From the NCBI GenBank assembly GCA_045576735.1, contig JAZNGZ010000062.1, forward strand, positions 1,127 to 65,126: a DNA stretch of 64,000 bases, read 5' to 3'. This document shows, in pieces, positions 26,098-35,731 of this stretch (position 1 is the first letter of the stretch; each line of letters begins with the position of its first letter). Under the pieces are notes generated by a model that saw only the letters and a program-made list of their open reading frames with translations, was not told where the DNA came from and searched no databases. A program made the translations under genes and the position numbers. This DNA is from Muribaculaceae bacterium. GTDB taxonomy: Bacteria > Bacteroidota > Bacteroidia > Bacteroidales > Muribaculaceae.

Positions 26098-26796
26098 ATG
26101 ATTAAGAGTGCTCTCGAAAAGATAATTAGCGAAGATTTAGCTGAAATATGGTCTCTTCTTGAAGGGGAAGAGAAACGTAGAATCATCGATAATTTTCAAA
26201 TCCATAATTATAAAAAGAACCAAATTATTTATGCCGAGAAAGAAGAACCGGAGTTTATATGGTGTTTGATTAAAGGCAAGGTTAAAAAGTATAAAGATGG
26301 AGTTGGTGGCCGTCAACAAATCATTCGTTTGATAAGACCTGTTCAATATTTTGGCTATCGTGCATATTTTGCGAAAGAACCTTATGTGTCAAGCGCGGGA
26401 GCGCTTGAAGCATCAACATTGGGCACTCTTCCCATGTCGCTCGTTGATGAACTGATTGATAAAAATAATAAGTTAGCAAGATTTTTTATTCAAGAATTGT
26501 CTCGTAACTTAGGCGGTTCAGATGCAAAAATTGTTAATCTCACTCAAAAACATATTAGAGGTCGATTAGCTGAGGCATTGATGGTATTGAAAGACCACTA
26601 TGGTTATGAAGATGATAATTCTACATTAAAAATTTATTTGTCGAGAGAAGATTTAGCTAATTTATCAAACATGACTACATCCAATGCCATTCGCACTTTA
26701 TCGGGGTTTGTTTCGGAAAAATTGATTGTGGTTGATGGTCGTAGGATAAAAATCGTGAATGAACCGATGCTTAGAAAAATTAGTAAGCATGGTTAA
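26098..26796 (+). CDS. Crp/Fnr family transcriptional regulator
   Basis: N-terminal cNMP-binding beta-barrel and a C-terminal HTH (SREDLANLSNMTTSNAIRTLS). Length is 232 aa. Confidence 0.85.
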   Translation: MIKSALEKIISEDLAEIWSLLEGEEKRRIIDNFQIHNYKKNQIIYAEKEEPEFIWCLIKGKVKKYKDGVGGRQQIIRLIRPVQYFGYRAYFAKEPYVSSAGALEASTLGTLPMSLVDELIDKNNKLARFFIQELSRNLGGSDAKIVNLTQKHIRGRLAEALMVLKDHYGYEDDNSTLKIYLSREDLANLSNMTTSNAIRTLSGFVSEKLIVVDGRRIKIVNEPMLRKISKHG

Positions 26797-27773
26797 AAAA
26801 TGTCTCGTTTGATTTTCCCTGATTCAGTACGATTAAACTTTTCGATACATTTTATTTCTTTAGGTAAATGATATTTATCTAATACTTTTGTAATTTTTTC
26901 CATGAGACTTTGTCTATTGATAGTTTCAGTCTCAATATATAATACAATCTTCTCTCCCCATTTTTCGTCAGGTTCGCCTATTATATAGAATGGAAAGTCA
27001 ATATATTGAGATAGTTTTTGTTCAATATCTTCAGGGTAACATTTAATACCTCCCGAATTTATTACATTGTCATATCGACCTATCCATCTAAAATGGCGTT
27101 CATCAATTATTTCAACAATGTCATTTGTAGATACTTTATCGAAAGAAAATTGTGGGGTATTTATTATTAGCCTTTTCTTGTTGTCATTTTCAACGGTTAT
27201 GCTTGGCAATGTTTCATAAATTGATGTTGATATATTTCGAAGAGCAATATGGCTACATGTTTCAGTCATGCCATATGAAACAAATGCATTTACTCCTTTT
27301 TTGATAAGATTTATTTCTGATTTATGAGGGACTGCACCACCTCCAATCAGTAAATTCTTTACATTTTGAGTATAACGACAGTTGGTTAAAAGCCATTCGA
27401 TTTGAGAAGGAACTATGGGTAATAAATCAATAATACCATAATCTCTATTCAAAGGTTTATTGCTAGGTTCTTCAATCCATAGGCATGCTCCGGATATAAT
27501 TGCTCTTACAATCATCATTTTTCCGGCTATATAATTGGCAGAAAGGGGTGAAACTAAGGTAGAGGTGCTATTGATGTTAAAAAAAACACAAGTTGCCTTA
27601 GCTGAAGCAATCATGTCAGATTTTAGGAGTTTAATTTTTTTAGGCGTTCCAGTGGAGCCTGACGTATTAGCAATGATGTATTCATTTTCATTATGCCATT
27701 CTGAAATAAATCTAATCGTTGATTCATCGGCATTATGTATTAAACTTAAAGTATTGTCGATGGTATTTGCCAT
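26793..27773 (-). CDS. menE: O-succinylbenzoate-CoA ligase, short form
   Basis: AMP-binding motifs TSGSTGTPKKI, YGMTET and GRYDNVINSGGIKCYPEDIE. It is the last gene of the men array and overlaps menC by 28 nt. Confidence 0.8.
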   Translation of the reverse strand: MANTIDNTLSLIHNADESTIRFISEWHNENEYIIANTSGSTGTPKKIKLLKSDMIASAKATCVFFNINSTSTLVSPLSANYIAGKMMIVRAIISGACLWIEEPSNKPLNRDYGIIDLLPIVPSQIEWLLTNCRYTQNVKNLLIGGGAVPHKSEINLIKKGVNAFVSYGMTETCSHIALRNISTSIYETLPSITVENDNKKRLIINTPQFSFDKVSTNDIVEIIDERHFRWIGRYDNVINSGGIKCYPEDIEQKLSQYIDFPFYIIGEPDEKWGEKIVLYIETETINRQSLMEKITKVLDKYHLPKEIKCIEKFNRTESGKIKRDIF

Positions 27774-28789
27774 TGTTTGTTGAGATTATATGTCAATACA
27801 TCATCAATTTGTTCAAGAGGAGACTCGATATTATTCTTATATAATGCTCCAGTGCCTAATCCTTGTGGCATATTAATGGAGAGTGTCGACACCCATTGTG
27901 CTATTGCATTAAGACCTATATTTGATTCTAATGCAGAAGTTATCCACCACCCTATATTATAATTTTTTGCCAACTTAATCCATTCTTCTGAACCAATAAA
28001 TCCGCCACATAAACTAGGCTTTAAAATAAGGTATGAAGGTGAAATTGTTTCGATTAATTGACATTTAATATCATATTTGTCTATGCCTATTAATTCTTCG
28101 TCGAGGGCAATGGGAATGGGACTTTTTTTGCATATTAATGCCATTTTATCCCATTGATTAGGTTTAATTGGTTGTTCAATAGAATGGATTTTGTATTTAG
28201 ATAACTTCTCTAAACAATTCAGCGCATTTTCGGGAGAAAAGGCGCCATTTGCATCGAGGCGTATCTGTAAATCATCAGAGGAGAAATTACTACGAATATA
28301 TTTTAGTAACTTTACTTCTTTGTTAAAGTCGATACCTCCTATTTTTAGTTTTATGCAATTAAACCCCGCCTCTAATTTTTCATTTATTCGACCATGCATT
28401 TCAGAGTAGTCACCCATCCATATCAATCCATTAATAGGAATAGGGTTTTGCCCTTTTATCCAATTTGATTGAAATACAATCCGTTCTCCTCCATTTTTTA
28501 AATCATTTATAGCAGTTTCAACTCCGAAACGAATAGAACTGTGTTCAATCTCACTAATAGATATTTGATTGATGTTTCTACAAATTAAATCTAATTGCTG
28601 CTCATAATAAGGAGTGTCATCCGAACTTAAACCACGAAAAATAGCGCACTCCCCTAACCCATAGATATGGGGGGCTGATTCGTCCCAAACCTTGATAAAG
28701 TAAGTTTCTTTATCGAGCATCGTCGCTCTTGAAGTAATGGCTGGGGCATGAAATTTTAAAACGTATTTTTTATATGAAGCTTTTAGCAT
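27746..28789 (-). CDS. menC: o-Succinylbenzoate synthase (enolase superfamily)
   Basis: KLKIG, RLDANGAF, IEQP and ALDEEL metal/base motifs. It lies between menB and menE. Confidence 0.85.
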   Translation of the reverse strand: MLKASYKKYVLKFHAPAITSRATMLDKETYFIKVWDESAPHIYGLGECAIFRGLSSDDTPYYEQQLDLICRNINQISISEIEHSSIRFGVETAINDLKNGGERIVFQSNWIKGQNPIPINGLIWMGDYSEMHGRINEKLEAGFNCIKLKIGGIDFNKEVKLLKYIRSNFSSDDLQIRLDANGAFSPENALNCLEKLSKYKIHSIEQPIKPNQWDKMALICKKSPIPIALDEELIGIDKYDIKCQLIETISPSYLILKPSLCGGFIGSEEWIKLAKNYNIGWWITSALESNIGLNAIAQWVSTLSINMPQGLGTGALYKNNIESPLEQIDDVLTYNLNKQWQIPSTIL

Positions 28790-29614
28790 TTATCCTGGGA
28801 ATTTAGGGAATTTTCTGAAGTTTGGCTCTCTTTTTTCAAGAAATGCATTTTTCCCCTCTTGAGCTTCTTCCATAAGATAATACATTAAGGTAGCATCACC
28901 GGCAAATTCCATCATGCCTCGTTGTCCATCTAATTCAGCATTAAGTGCGCGTTTAATCATACGTATAGCCATTGGACTACGTTGAAGTATTGTTTTACAC
29001 CAATCTACCGTTTCTGTTTCAAGTTGTTCGAATGGAACTACTTTGTTAATCATGCCCATTTCAAGGGCTTCTTGTGCGGTATATTGATGGCATAAAAACC
29101 ATATCTCGCGAGCTTTCTTTTGTCCAACACAACGAGCTAAATATGATGAGCCAAATCCGGCGTCAAAACTTCCTACCTTAGGCCCGGTTTGCCCAAAACG
29201 TGCATTTTCAGATGCAATTGATAGGTCACACATGACATTAAGTACATTGCCTCCTCCAATAGCATAGCCATTTACCATTGCAATAACCGGTTTCGGTATT
29301 GAGCGAATAGCTTTATGCAAATCTAATACATTGAGACGTGGAACACCATCTTTATCGATATATCCACCTACTCCTTTGACTTTTTGGTCACCTCCTGAGC
29401 AAAATGCTTTGTCGCCGGCACCGGTAAGAATGACCACACCAATATCGTTTGATTCACGACAAAATGCCATGGCATCTAGCATCTCAAAATTTGTTTGAGG
29501 TCTAAATGCATTATATACCTCCGGGCGGTTGATGGTAATTTTTGCGATACCTTCATAATATTCAAAAAGAATATCGTCATACTTTTTTATTGTTGTCCAA
29601 TTAATAGTTTCCAT
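28790..29614 (-). CDS. menB: 1,4-Dihydroxy-2-naphthoyl-CoA synthase
   Basis: Crotonase fold with [11 protein letters not shown] and a highly conserved MenB-like sequence throughout. Length is 274 aa. Confidence 0.95.
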   Translation of the reverse strand: METINWTTIKKYDDILFEYYEGIAKITINRPEVYNAFRPQTNFEMLDAMAFCRESNDIGVVILTGAGDKAFCSGGDQKVKGVGGYIDKDGVPRLNVLDLHKAIRSIPKPVIAMVNGYAIGGGNVLNVMCDLSIASENARFGQTGPKVGSFDAGFGSSYLARCVGQKKAREIWFLCHQYTAQEALEMGMINKVVPFEQLETETVDWCKTILQRSPMAIRMIKRALNAELDGQRGMMEFAGDATLMYYLMEEAQEGKNAFLEKREPNFRKFPKFPG

Positions 29615-29616
29615 AT

Positions 29617-31341
29617 TTAATTCGTTGTTTTGAAATATTCTTTTAAAATTTGTGCGCTTTCATGAGCAGGTGTATAAACTGCTAATATTGAAGGTTTGTC
29701 ATTACAATTATATAAGAGTGAAATATTATTAATTAATTCTTGCTCATTAGTAGCCTCAAAATAATTGAAATTATAGCCTTTTGCGAGTTCTTTTAATGGC
29801 AAATTAGGCGTTGTGGCGAAATATTCATCAAGCTCAGGTAGCTCAGATGTAGATTTTATAAACCGAAATATACCACCTCCACCATTGCACATAACTATCA
29901 TTTTAAAGTTAGATGGAATATTGTTTATGCTTAATGCACTAATATCATATTGAGCACTAATATCTCCAGTGATTAATATGGTTGTTTCTTTTAAAACCAT
30001 AGCATGTCCAATTGCAGTTGATGTAGAACCATCAATGCCACTTACTCCCCTATTGCAATATGCTTTTGAATTAGTATCGCCAGTATAAAATAATTGATGA
30101 TACCTTATTGACGTGCCATTTGATAAATGTATATTTCCTTTAAGTTTAGGAATAATAATTGAGAATGCTTTTAAATCGCTCCAATTACAGTTGTTGACAT
30201 AGTTGCTGTGTGTTAAATTGGCGAGGTTTTTAATAACTTCCCAATTATTATAATAAGATTCGTTACTCTCATTATTGTTAAACGGATAAGCTATATCAAG
30301 ATATTGCTTAAAAAACTCATAAGGAGACATTTCAATTCTCATTGTTAGAGATTTGAAACAGTCGATAGTAGTTTTGGTAGTACCTATATGCCAATGTTCA
30401 AGAGGCTGTATTTGTCGGAAGTATTGTTTAATATGACGCGATATAATCGCACCTCCAAAGGTTATGATTATATCGGGACAAAGTTTTCTTTTGTCATCCT
30501 CTGTCATTACTGATAAAACACTGTCAATATTCTTGATTGAATCCTTTATATTGATGTTTGAAATTGATTCAGAAAATAATACAATGTTTGATTGATTAGA
30601 TATAATTTCTTCAAGACAATATGAATTGTTATTGCCAACCCATCTTGCATCTATGCAATTTTGGAACCCTACAACGATAAGAATGCGTTTGTATTTAAGT
30701 CGCGGTATAATATAATCGTTAAAAAAAGTTTTGTCTATTGAGTGGCTAATGCTTGGACAGCATATGTGTCGTTGCGTGGTTATATTGTCAATTTCCTTAA
30801 TCTCGTTTAGAGGGTCATCAAGTTGTATATTGATGTGAACCGGTCCCATTTCGCCTAATAATGAAGTTATTAATGCATCGTTAATAGTTCTATTAACATA
30901 CCACTGCATGTTGGGAGTGTCACAATTTGTAGGGATATTGTAGCTTTTCTTTACATAGTTAGAAAGGGCTTCGAATTGCCTAATGGTTTGGCTATCATCT
31001 TGGTCTATCCATTCCATTGGTCGGTCGGCCGATATTATTACAAGAGGAAGGTTGCGGTAATAAGCTTCTGCTATTGCTGGAGCGTAATTTAATAAAGCCG
31101 AGCCTGATGTACATATTAATGCTACAGGCTTAGCCCCATGATTGGCAGCGCACATGCCTAATGCAACGAATGCGGCGCTTCTTTCATCAACAACAACTGT
31201 AGTTTTAATTGATTTAGCACGTGCAACAGCAAGAATTAACGGAGTATTACGAGAGCCAGGAGACACCACTACATTCTCTACTTGATGTTGTATCAATAGA
31301 GAAACTAATATATTGCATGAATCTTTGGCTGTTACTACCAT
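29617..31341 (-). CDS. menD: SEPHCHC synthase (2-succinyl-5-enolpyruvyl-6-hydroxy-3-cyclohexene-1-carboxylate synthase)
   Basis: ThDP enzyme with N-terminal [11 protein letters not shown] and a C-terminal ThDP-binding site GDISAQYD...CNGGGGIF. Length is 574 aa. Confidence 0.9.
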   Translation of the reverse strand: MVVTAKDSCNILVSLLIQHQVENVVVSPGSRNTPLILAVARAKSIKTTVVVDERSAAFVALGMCAANHGAKPVALICTSGSALLNYAPAIAEAYYRNLPLVIISADRPMEWIDQDDSQTIRQFEALSNYVKKSYNIPTNCDTPNMQWYVNRTINDALITSLLGEMGPVHINIQLDDPLNEIKEIDNITTQRHICCPSISHSIDKTFFNDYIIPRLKYKRILIVVGFQNCIDARWVGNNNSYCLEEIISNQSNIVLFSESISNINIKDSIKNIDSVLSVMTEDDKRKLCPDIIITFGGAIISRHIKQYFRQIQPLEHWHIGTTKTTIDCFKSLTMRIEMSPYEFFKQYLDIAYPFNNNESNESYYNNWEVIKNLANLTHSNYVNNCNWSDLKAFSIIIPKLKGNIHLSNGTSIRYHQLFYTGDTNSKAYCNRGVSGIDGSTSTAIGHAMVLKETTILITGDISAQYDISALSINNIPSNFKMIVMCNGGGGIFRFIKSTSELPELDEYFATTPNLPLKELAKGYNFNYFEATNEQELINNISLLYNCNDKPSILAVYTPAHESAQILKEYFKTTN

Positions 31342-31352
31342 TATGTTTGCAA

Positions 31353-33026
31353 TTAGAATTGTTGATATATAAATGGAACTAATTCACTTTGTCCGGCTTG
31401 AATAACAATAAATATTATTACAGCTAATACTATGGATTGGACAATAATTGAAGAATTAGTATAAGTGTTACTTAGTTTTGTAGTCCATTTTTTAGGTGCA
31501 AAATGCATTAAGTAACCACCTACTAAAGCAATAGTAATCATTGGATAACTAGACACAAACACACCTGCAATGTTAGATAATCCACCTGTGAAATTTGTAA
31601 AAATCTGAGTTATAATGTTTTCGACAATGGTAATGTTGGCAGATCTAAAAAATATCCAACTAATAGCAATTAACACAAAAGTTACAAAAATATTTGATAC
31701 ACGTCTCCATGATTGATTTTTTTGTTCTTCGGTTAATGAGTACGTTTTCTTTAATTGTTTGTGAATAATTAAAAGCATTCCGGTCCACGCTCCCCATAAT
31801 ACAAACATCCATGATGCTCCATGCCATAATCCACCTATAAGCATTGTTACAAATAGGTGCATTGATGTAATAATATTTTTACGTCGACTTTGAACTTTTG
31901 TTATGCTAGTTAATAGATATATAATCCACACTAATATTATTACCCCCAAAATAGGTTGAAAATAATTATCAGTATAGCAAGACAACAACTTTATTGAAAT
32001 AAATATCCCGGCCAATGAGAGTATTGTTAACCAGATATATGAAGCCATTGTCATGTATCTATTACCACCTAGTGGAATGTATAGATAATCTCTCAACCAA
32101 GTAGATAATGATATGTGCCATCTGTGCCAAAATTCTGATGGGTTTTGTGATTTGTATGGAGCATTGAAGTTGTCTTTAAACTTATATCCAAAAATAAGAG
32201 CTAAACCAATTGCCATATCTGAGTATCCTGAGAAATCGCAATAAATTTGTAATGTATAACCTAAAACACCCATTAAATTTTCAAAACCAGTATATTGTAG
32301 AGGTGTGTCGAATATGCGGTCAACAAAATTAACTCCAATGTAGTCGGCTATTACTGCTTTCTTTATTAATCCACACATTACTAGAAATAAACCTTGTCCA
32401 ATCATTGCTTTTGTGGCAGATTGATTTAACCTTATTTGAGGAAGAAAATCTTTTGCTCTAACAACCGGACCTGCTAATAATGGAGGGAAAAAGGTCAAAA
32501 AGAATGTATAATTAATGAAATTAGTCTCGGGTTCAATTTCTCGGCGATATATGTCGATAATATAACTCATCGACCTGAAAGAAATGAACGATATGCCGGC
32601 AGTTAATACTCCTGCTAAGGGATTTGAGACTATAGATGGGTCAGAGAACGTTTTAATTAATAAATCAAGATATTTAAAGCTAACAAGTATTCCAATGTTG
32701 GAAATTACACTAATAGAAACGAGTAGTTTTCTCTTCCATTGTACATTTGTGTATGCGAAAAGCCGCCCTATCACATAGTCACAAGCACATATTGCTAATA
32801 ATATAAAGCAATAGTAATAAGTAGATTTATAATAAAAATATAAAGAAAAAAGTATTACGATGACACTACTTATTCTGAAATTGCGTTTAGTTAAATTGTA
32901 TAAACCTATTAATATCAAAAATAGAATTAGAAATAACCCTGAATTGAATGCCAAAGGATTTTTAGGAATATATCCTAATATATCAATTAGTTTTGTGAAA
33001 TCAATATCTTTGAATTGGTCGAACAT
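31353..33026 (-). CDS. MBOAT family membrane-bound O-acyltransferase (AlgI/PatA/DltB-like)
   Basis: Polytopic membrane protein with the signature FWHRWHISLSTWLRDYLYIPLGGNR (catalytic His context). Length is 557 aa. Confidence 0.88.
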   Translation of the reverse strand: MFDQFKDIDFTKLIDILGYIPKNPLAFNSGLFLILFLILIGLYNLTKRNFRISSVIVILFSLYFYYKSTYYYCFILLAICACDYVIGRLFAYTNVQWKRKLLVSISVISNIGILVSFKYLDLLIKTFSDPSIVSNPLAGVLTAGISFISFRSMSYIIDIYRREIEPETNFINYTFFLTFFPPLLAGPVVRAKDFLPQIRLNQSATKAMIGQGLFLVMCGLIKKAVIADYIGVNFVDRIFDTPLQYTGFENLMGVLGYTLQIYCDFSGYSDMAIGLALIFGYKFKDNFNAPYKSQNPSEFWHRWHISLSTWLRDYLYIPLGGNRYMTMASYIWLTILSLAGIFISIKLLSCYTDNYFQPILGVIILVWIIYLLTSITKVQSRRKNIITSMHLFVTMLIGGLWHGASWMFVLWGAWTGMLLIIHKQLKKTYSLTEEQKNQSWRRVSNIFVTFVLIAISWIFFRSANITIVENIITQIFTNFTGGLSNIAGVFVSSYPMITIALVGGYLMHFAPKKWTTKLSNTYTNSSIIVQSIVLAVIIFIVIQAGQSELVPFIYQQF

Positions 33027-33038
33027 ATTAATAAAATT

Positions 33039-34319
33039 TTATTTTGCCTTATTTGTAAGTATCTCGTAGAATAAATTTCCTTGTAATGTATAGCCTTTAG
33101 ATGTATTATGAATACCATCTCTACCCATTAGCTTATTTGCTACCCATTTTTTTGATGCACCATGACCTCCTGCCACTTCATACCAATCATATACTGCGAT
33201 ATTTTGTTCTGCTCCATATGTTAAAATTACATCTCTTAGTCGTTTACAATTGGTGTTGATTTGACCTTTACGGAGACATTCCATTGGTGTAACTAATAGA
33301 ATTGGTTTATTGGGATTGTATTCTTGCATATCAGCGACAAACTTATCTATTGAGTTATAGAACGATTCATCACTGATAGAGCCAAATGCTTCGTTTGTTC
33401 CAAGACTTACAATAATTAAATCGGGATTAAAAATAGAACAGTCATTACCCATATCACCCATGCGATTATATGAGTCATAAGTAGCACCATTATTTCCGAT
33501 TACATTATATATTACACCATTATTTTTATTTAATAATGATGCTCCAAAAATAGTAATTTTTCCAATTGAACTAAGAGAAAGTTGAACCGAAGAGATTGGT
33601 TCATTAAAAATGATGTCAGTGTGGTCTTGTTGGGATTCTTCAATAGAGTAATCTATATCACATTCTAATGATTTATTATTTACAATCACATCATCTATGT
33701 ATAAGTCTCCTTCAATGTGTAATCTTAAAGTGGTAAATGGTTGGCTTGGTACATTTTTAGAGCCTGATTTAATGCTAATATTAAATCTCTCAGATAATGG
33801 AGAAAAAGATGCTCCGGTTAGTTTTAGCGTTGTACGCCAAGGGCGTTTCATCATTGATGAGTAATTGTACTTATTTGCACAACTAAAGCTATAATCAATC
33901 GGTTCATTTGTCTTTGCAATCTTTAATGGTGATATGATGCCACGACCTGCGTCCCCAAATTTTTCCTGCATTAACTTTCGGGTTTTACTTGTTGCTATAT
34001 CAGCTTGTAAATGAGAGTCTCCTATATGTAAAATTGAGATTTGTTGCGTTTGATGCTGTGATAATTTGTTATAAAATGTATCCCATATTGCTTCAGAATT
34101 ATTATAAGTAATATAATTCTTTGCTTGGTTAATAAAAGGATATTCACTATGCTTTTGTTCGGTAATTATAGAGTCATCTTCAATCGTAACATTTATCCTT
34201 ATAGAATCTTCACTATTTATAGTGGATGTAGTATTTGAGCCATTCTTATCCACTTCTGTAGCACTAATTTTTATTATAGTGCTAAGAAATATTATTATTA
34301 AGATGATTGTCTTATTCAT
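33039..34319 (-). CDS. Secreted SGNH/GDSL-family hydrolase or O-acyltransferase with a large insertion after block I
   Basis: Signal peptide, block I ILHIGDSHLQ (Ser102), block II IGNNGAT, block III SLGTNEA and block V DGIHN (Asp401/His404). About 170 aa lie between blocks I and II. Confidence 0.7.
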   Translation of the reverse strand: MNKTIILIIIFLSTIIKISATEVDKNGSNTTSTINSEDSIRINVTIEDDSIITEQKHSEYPFINQAKNYITYNNSEAIWDTFYNKLSQHQTQQISILHIGDSHLQADIATSKTRKLMQEKFGDAGRGIISPLKIAKTNEPIDYSFSCANKYNYSSMMKRPWRTTLKLTGASFSPLSERFNISIKSGSKNVPSQPFTTLRLHIEGDLYIDDVIVNNKSLECDIDYSIEESQQDHTDIIFNEPISSVQLSLSSIGKITIFGASLLNKNNGVIYNVIGNNGATYDSYNRMGDMGNDCSIFNPDLIIVSLGTNEAFGSISDESFYNSIDKFVADMQEYNPNKPILLVTPMECLRKGQINTNCKRLRDVILTYGAEQNIAVYDWYEVAGGHGASKKWVANKLMGRDGIHNTSKGYTLQGNLFYEILTNKAK

Positions 34320-35731
34320 TTTACAGCTTCATTTAATGCGTTAACTAATAGATTTGCAAGACGTTCACCTCCTTTAAATGAAAGGTGTATATAATCTTTA
34401 TTAATTTCGCTGTTACTACACCAATCAACGACAGCTCCTTCTCCTCCCATTGCTTCACGAGTATCCCAGAAGAATGATTGTGATCGTCGTGCAACTTCTC
34501 GTTGTGCATCAATTAAATAAGGTGCCGTAGGCATAGATTGAACTGATGCCCCACGTTTAATGCCTCTATCGCCACAACCAATTACTAATATATCTGCATT
34601 TGGATGGCAATTGCGTATTTGATTCACAACTTTAACCATGTAGTTTGCATAAAAATCATATTTTTTGTTCTTTCCTGATAGAACATTAAGTCCATATTCG
34701 ATAATGATTAAGTCATAATCAACAAATTCAGCTACTTGATGAGATATGTCAGTGTTGATTTTGTTATGAGTTATTCCTGAATATCCTCGTAGCGACATAC
34801 AATCAACTGTTATTCCAGTATTGTTATTTAGCCATGTACCTAATGCAATTAATGAATTTGAATTTGTTTTAACTTCAAATTTATCGGTGTTTTTATCGAT
34901 AGAGATACATTGAACTTTGTTGCTACCTTCAAATTGATGTGCAATCCAGCCATCACCGGTGTTGATACTTATAATTGACTTCTCGGGAGAAATAAAGATG
35001 AATTTCGAGTTGTCCCATCTATCGGCATTAGGAACAATATTTGTTCCAGTGTATGTCGCTGATGCATTTCCGTTAGATTTGCAAAATAATCCTGGCAGTG
35101 TAAAATATTTTTCACTACTATTTTTCATTAATGTATACATTGTCCAGCCCGATGACGTATGTCTAACGGATTGTCTATATCCCTTTGTAATACAATCCAT
35201 GGCTACATAACCAACTCCTTTTCCTCCATATTGATTTTGTAAAAGTTCACGAATATGTTGTGTGAATATATCACCCTCAATATATGAGTCTCCAATTACT
35301 GCAATTCTAACAGGGCGTGAGTTACATTCAGAAATTGCTTTTTTGAAATTTATCATCCCTTTTTGCGCCACAGAATAATCTTCAATTACTACATTGCCAT
35401 TAACACGTGGAGACTTTTTGTCGATAATTGCAGAGTCAATGATTGCTTTACCCGTAACGGAATCAATTTTGGAAATATATTGGGGCTTGTTCTTTTCTTC
35501 TTCCATTCTGGCTGCTAATGCGGGATCTATATCAACATCTCCGGTATTAGCAGTGGAGTCTTCGGGAAGAAGGCTGCTAAGTAGATTGTAATTTTTTAAA
35601 AACGAGCTTTCTTTTCCTTTGTCATCTACTGATTTTGTTATGTTTGACCATTTAACAAAAGATAAACTAAATAGGATTATAATTGAAAACAGAGTTACTA
35701 AAAATATTCTTAAACCTGGATTTATTTTCAT
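34316..35731 (-). CDS. Membrane-anchored SGNH/GDSL-family hydrolase or O-acyltransferase, paralog of the neighbouring gene
   Basis: N-terminal TM anchor, block I IAVIGDSYIEGD (Ser149), block III EYGLNV and block V DYIHLS (Asp446/His449). The region after block I aligns by eye with the 426-aa neighbour. Confidence 0.7.
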   Translation of the reverse strand: MKINPGLRIFLVTLFSIIILFSLSFVKWSNITKSVDDKGKESSFLKNYNLLSSLLPEDSTANTGDVDIDPALAARMEEEKNKPQYISKIDSVTGKAIIDSAIIDKKSPRVNGNVVIEDYSVAQKGMINFKKAISECNSRPVRIAVIGDSYIEGDIFTQHIRELLQNQYGGKGVGYVAMDCITKGYRQSVRHTSSGWTMYTLMKNSSEKYFTLPGLFCKSNGNASATYTGTNIVPNADRWDNSKFIFISPEKSIISINTGDGWIAHQFEGSNKVQCISIDKNTDKFEVKTNSNSLIALGTWLNNNTGITVDCMSLRGYSGITHNKINTDISHQVAEFVDYDLIIIEYGLNVLSGKNKKYDFYANYMVKVVNQIRNCHPNADILVIGCGDRGIKRGASVQSMPTAPYLIDAQREVARRSQSFFWDTREAMGGEGAVVDWCSNSEINKDYIHLSFKGGERLANLLVNALNEAVK

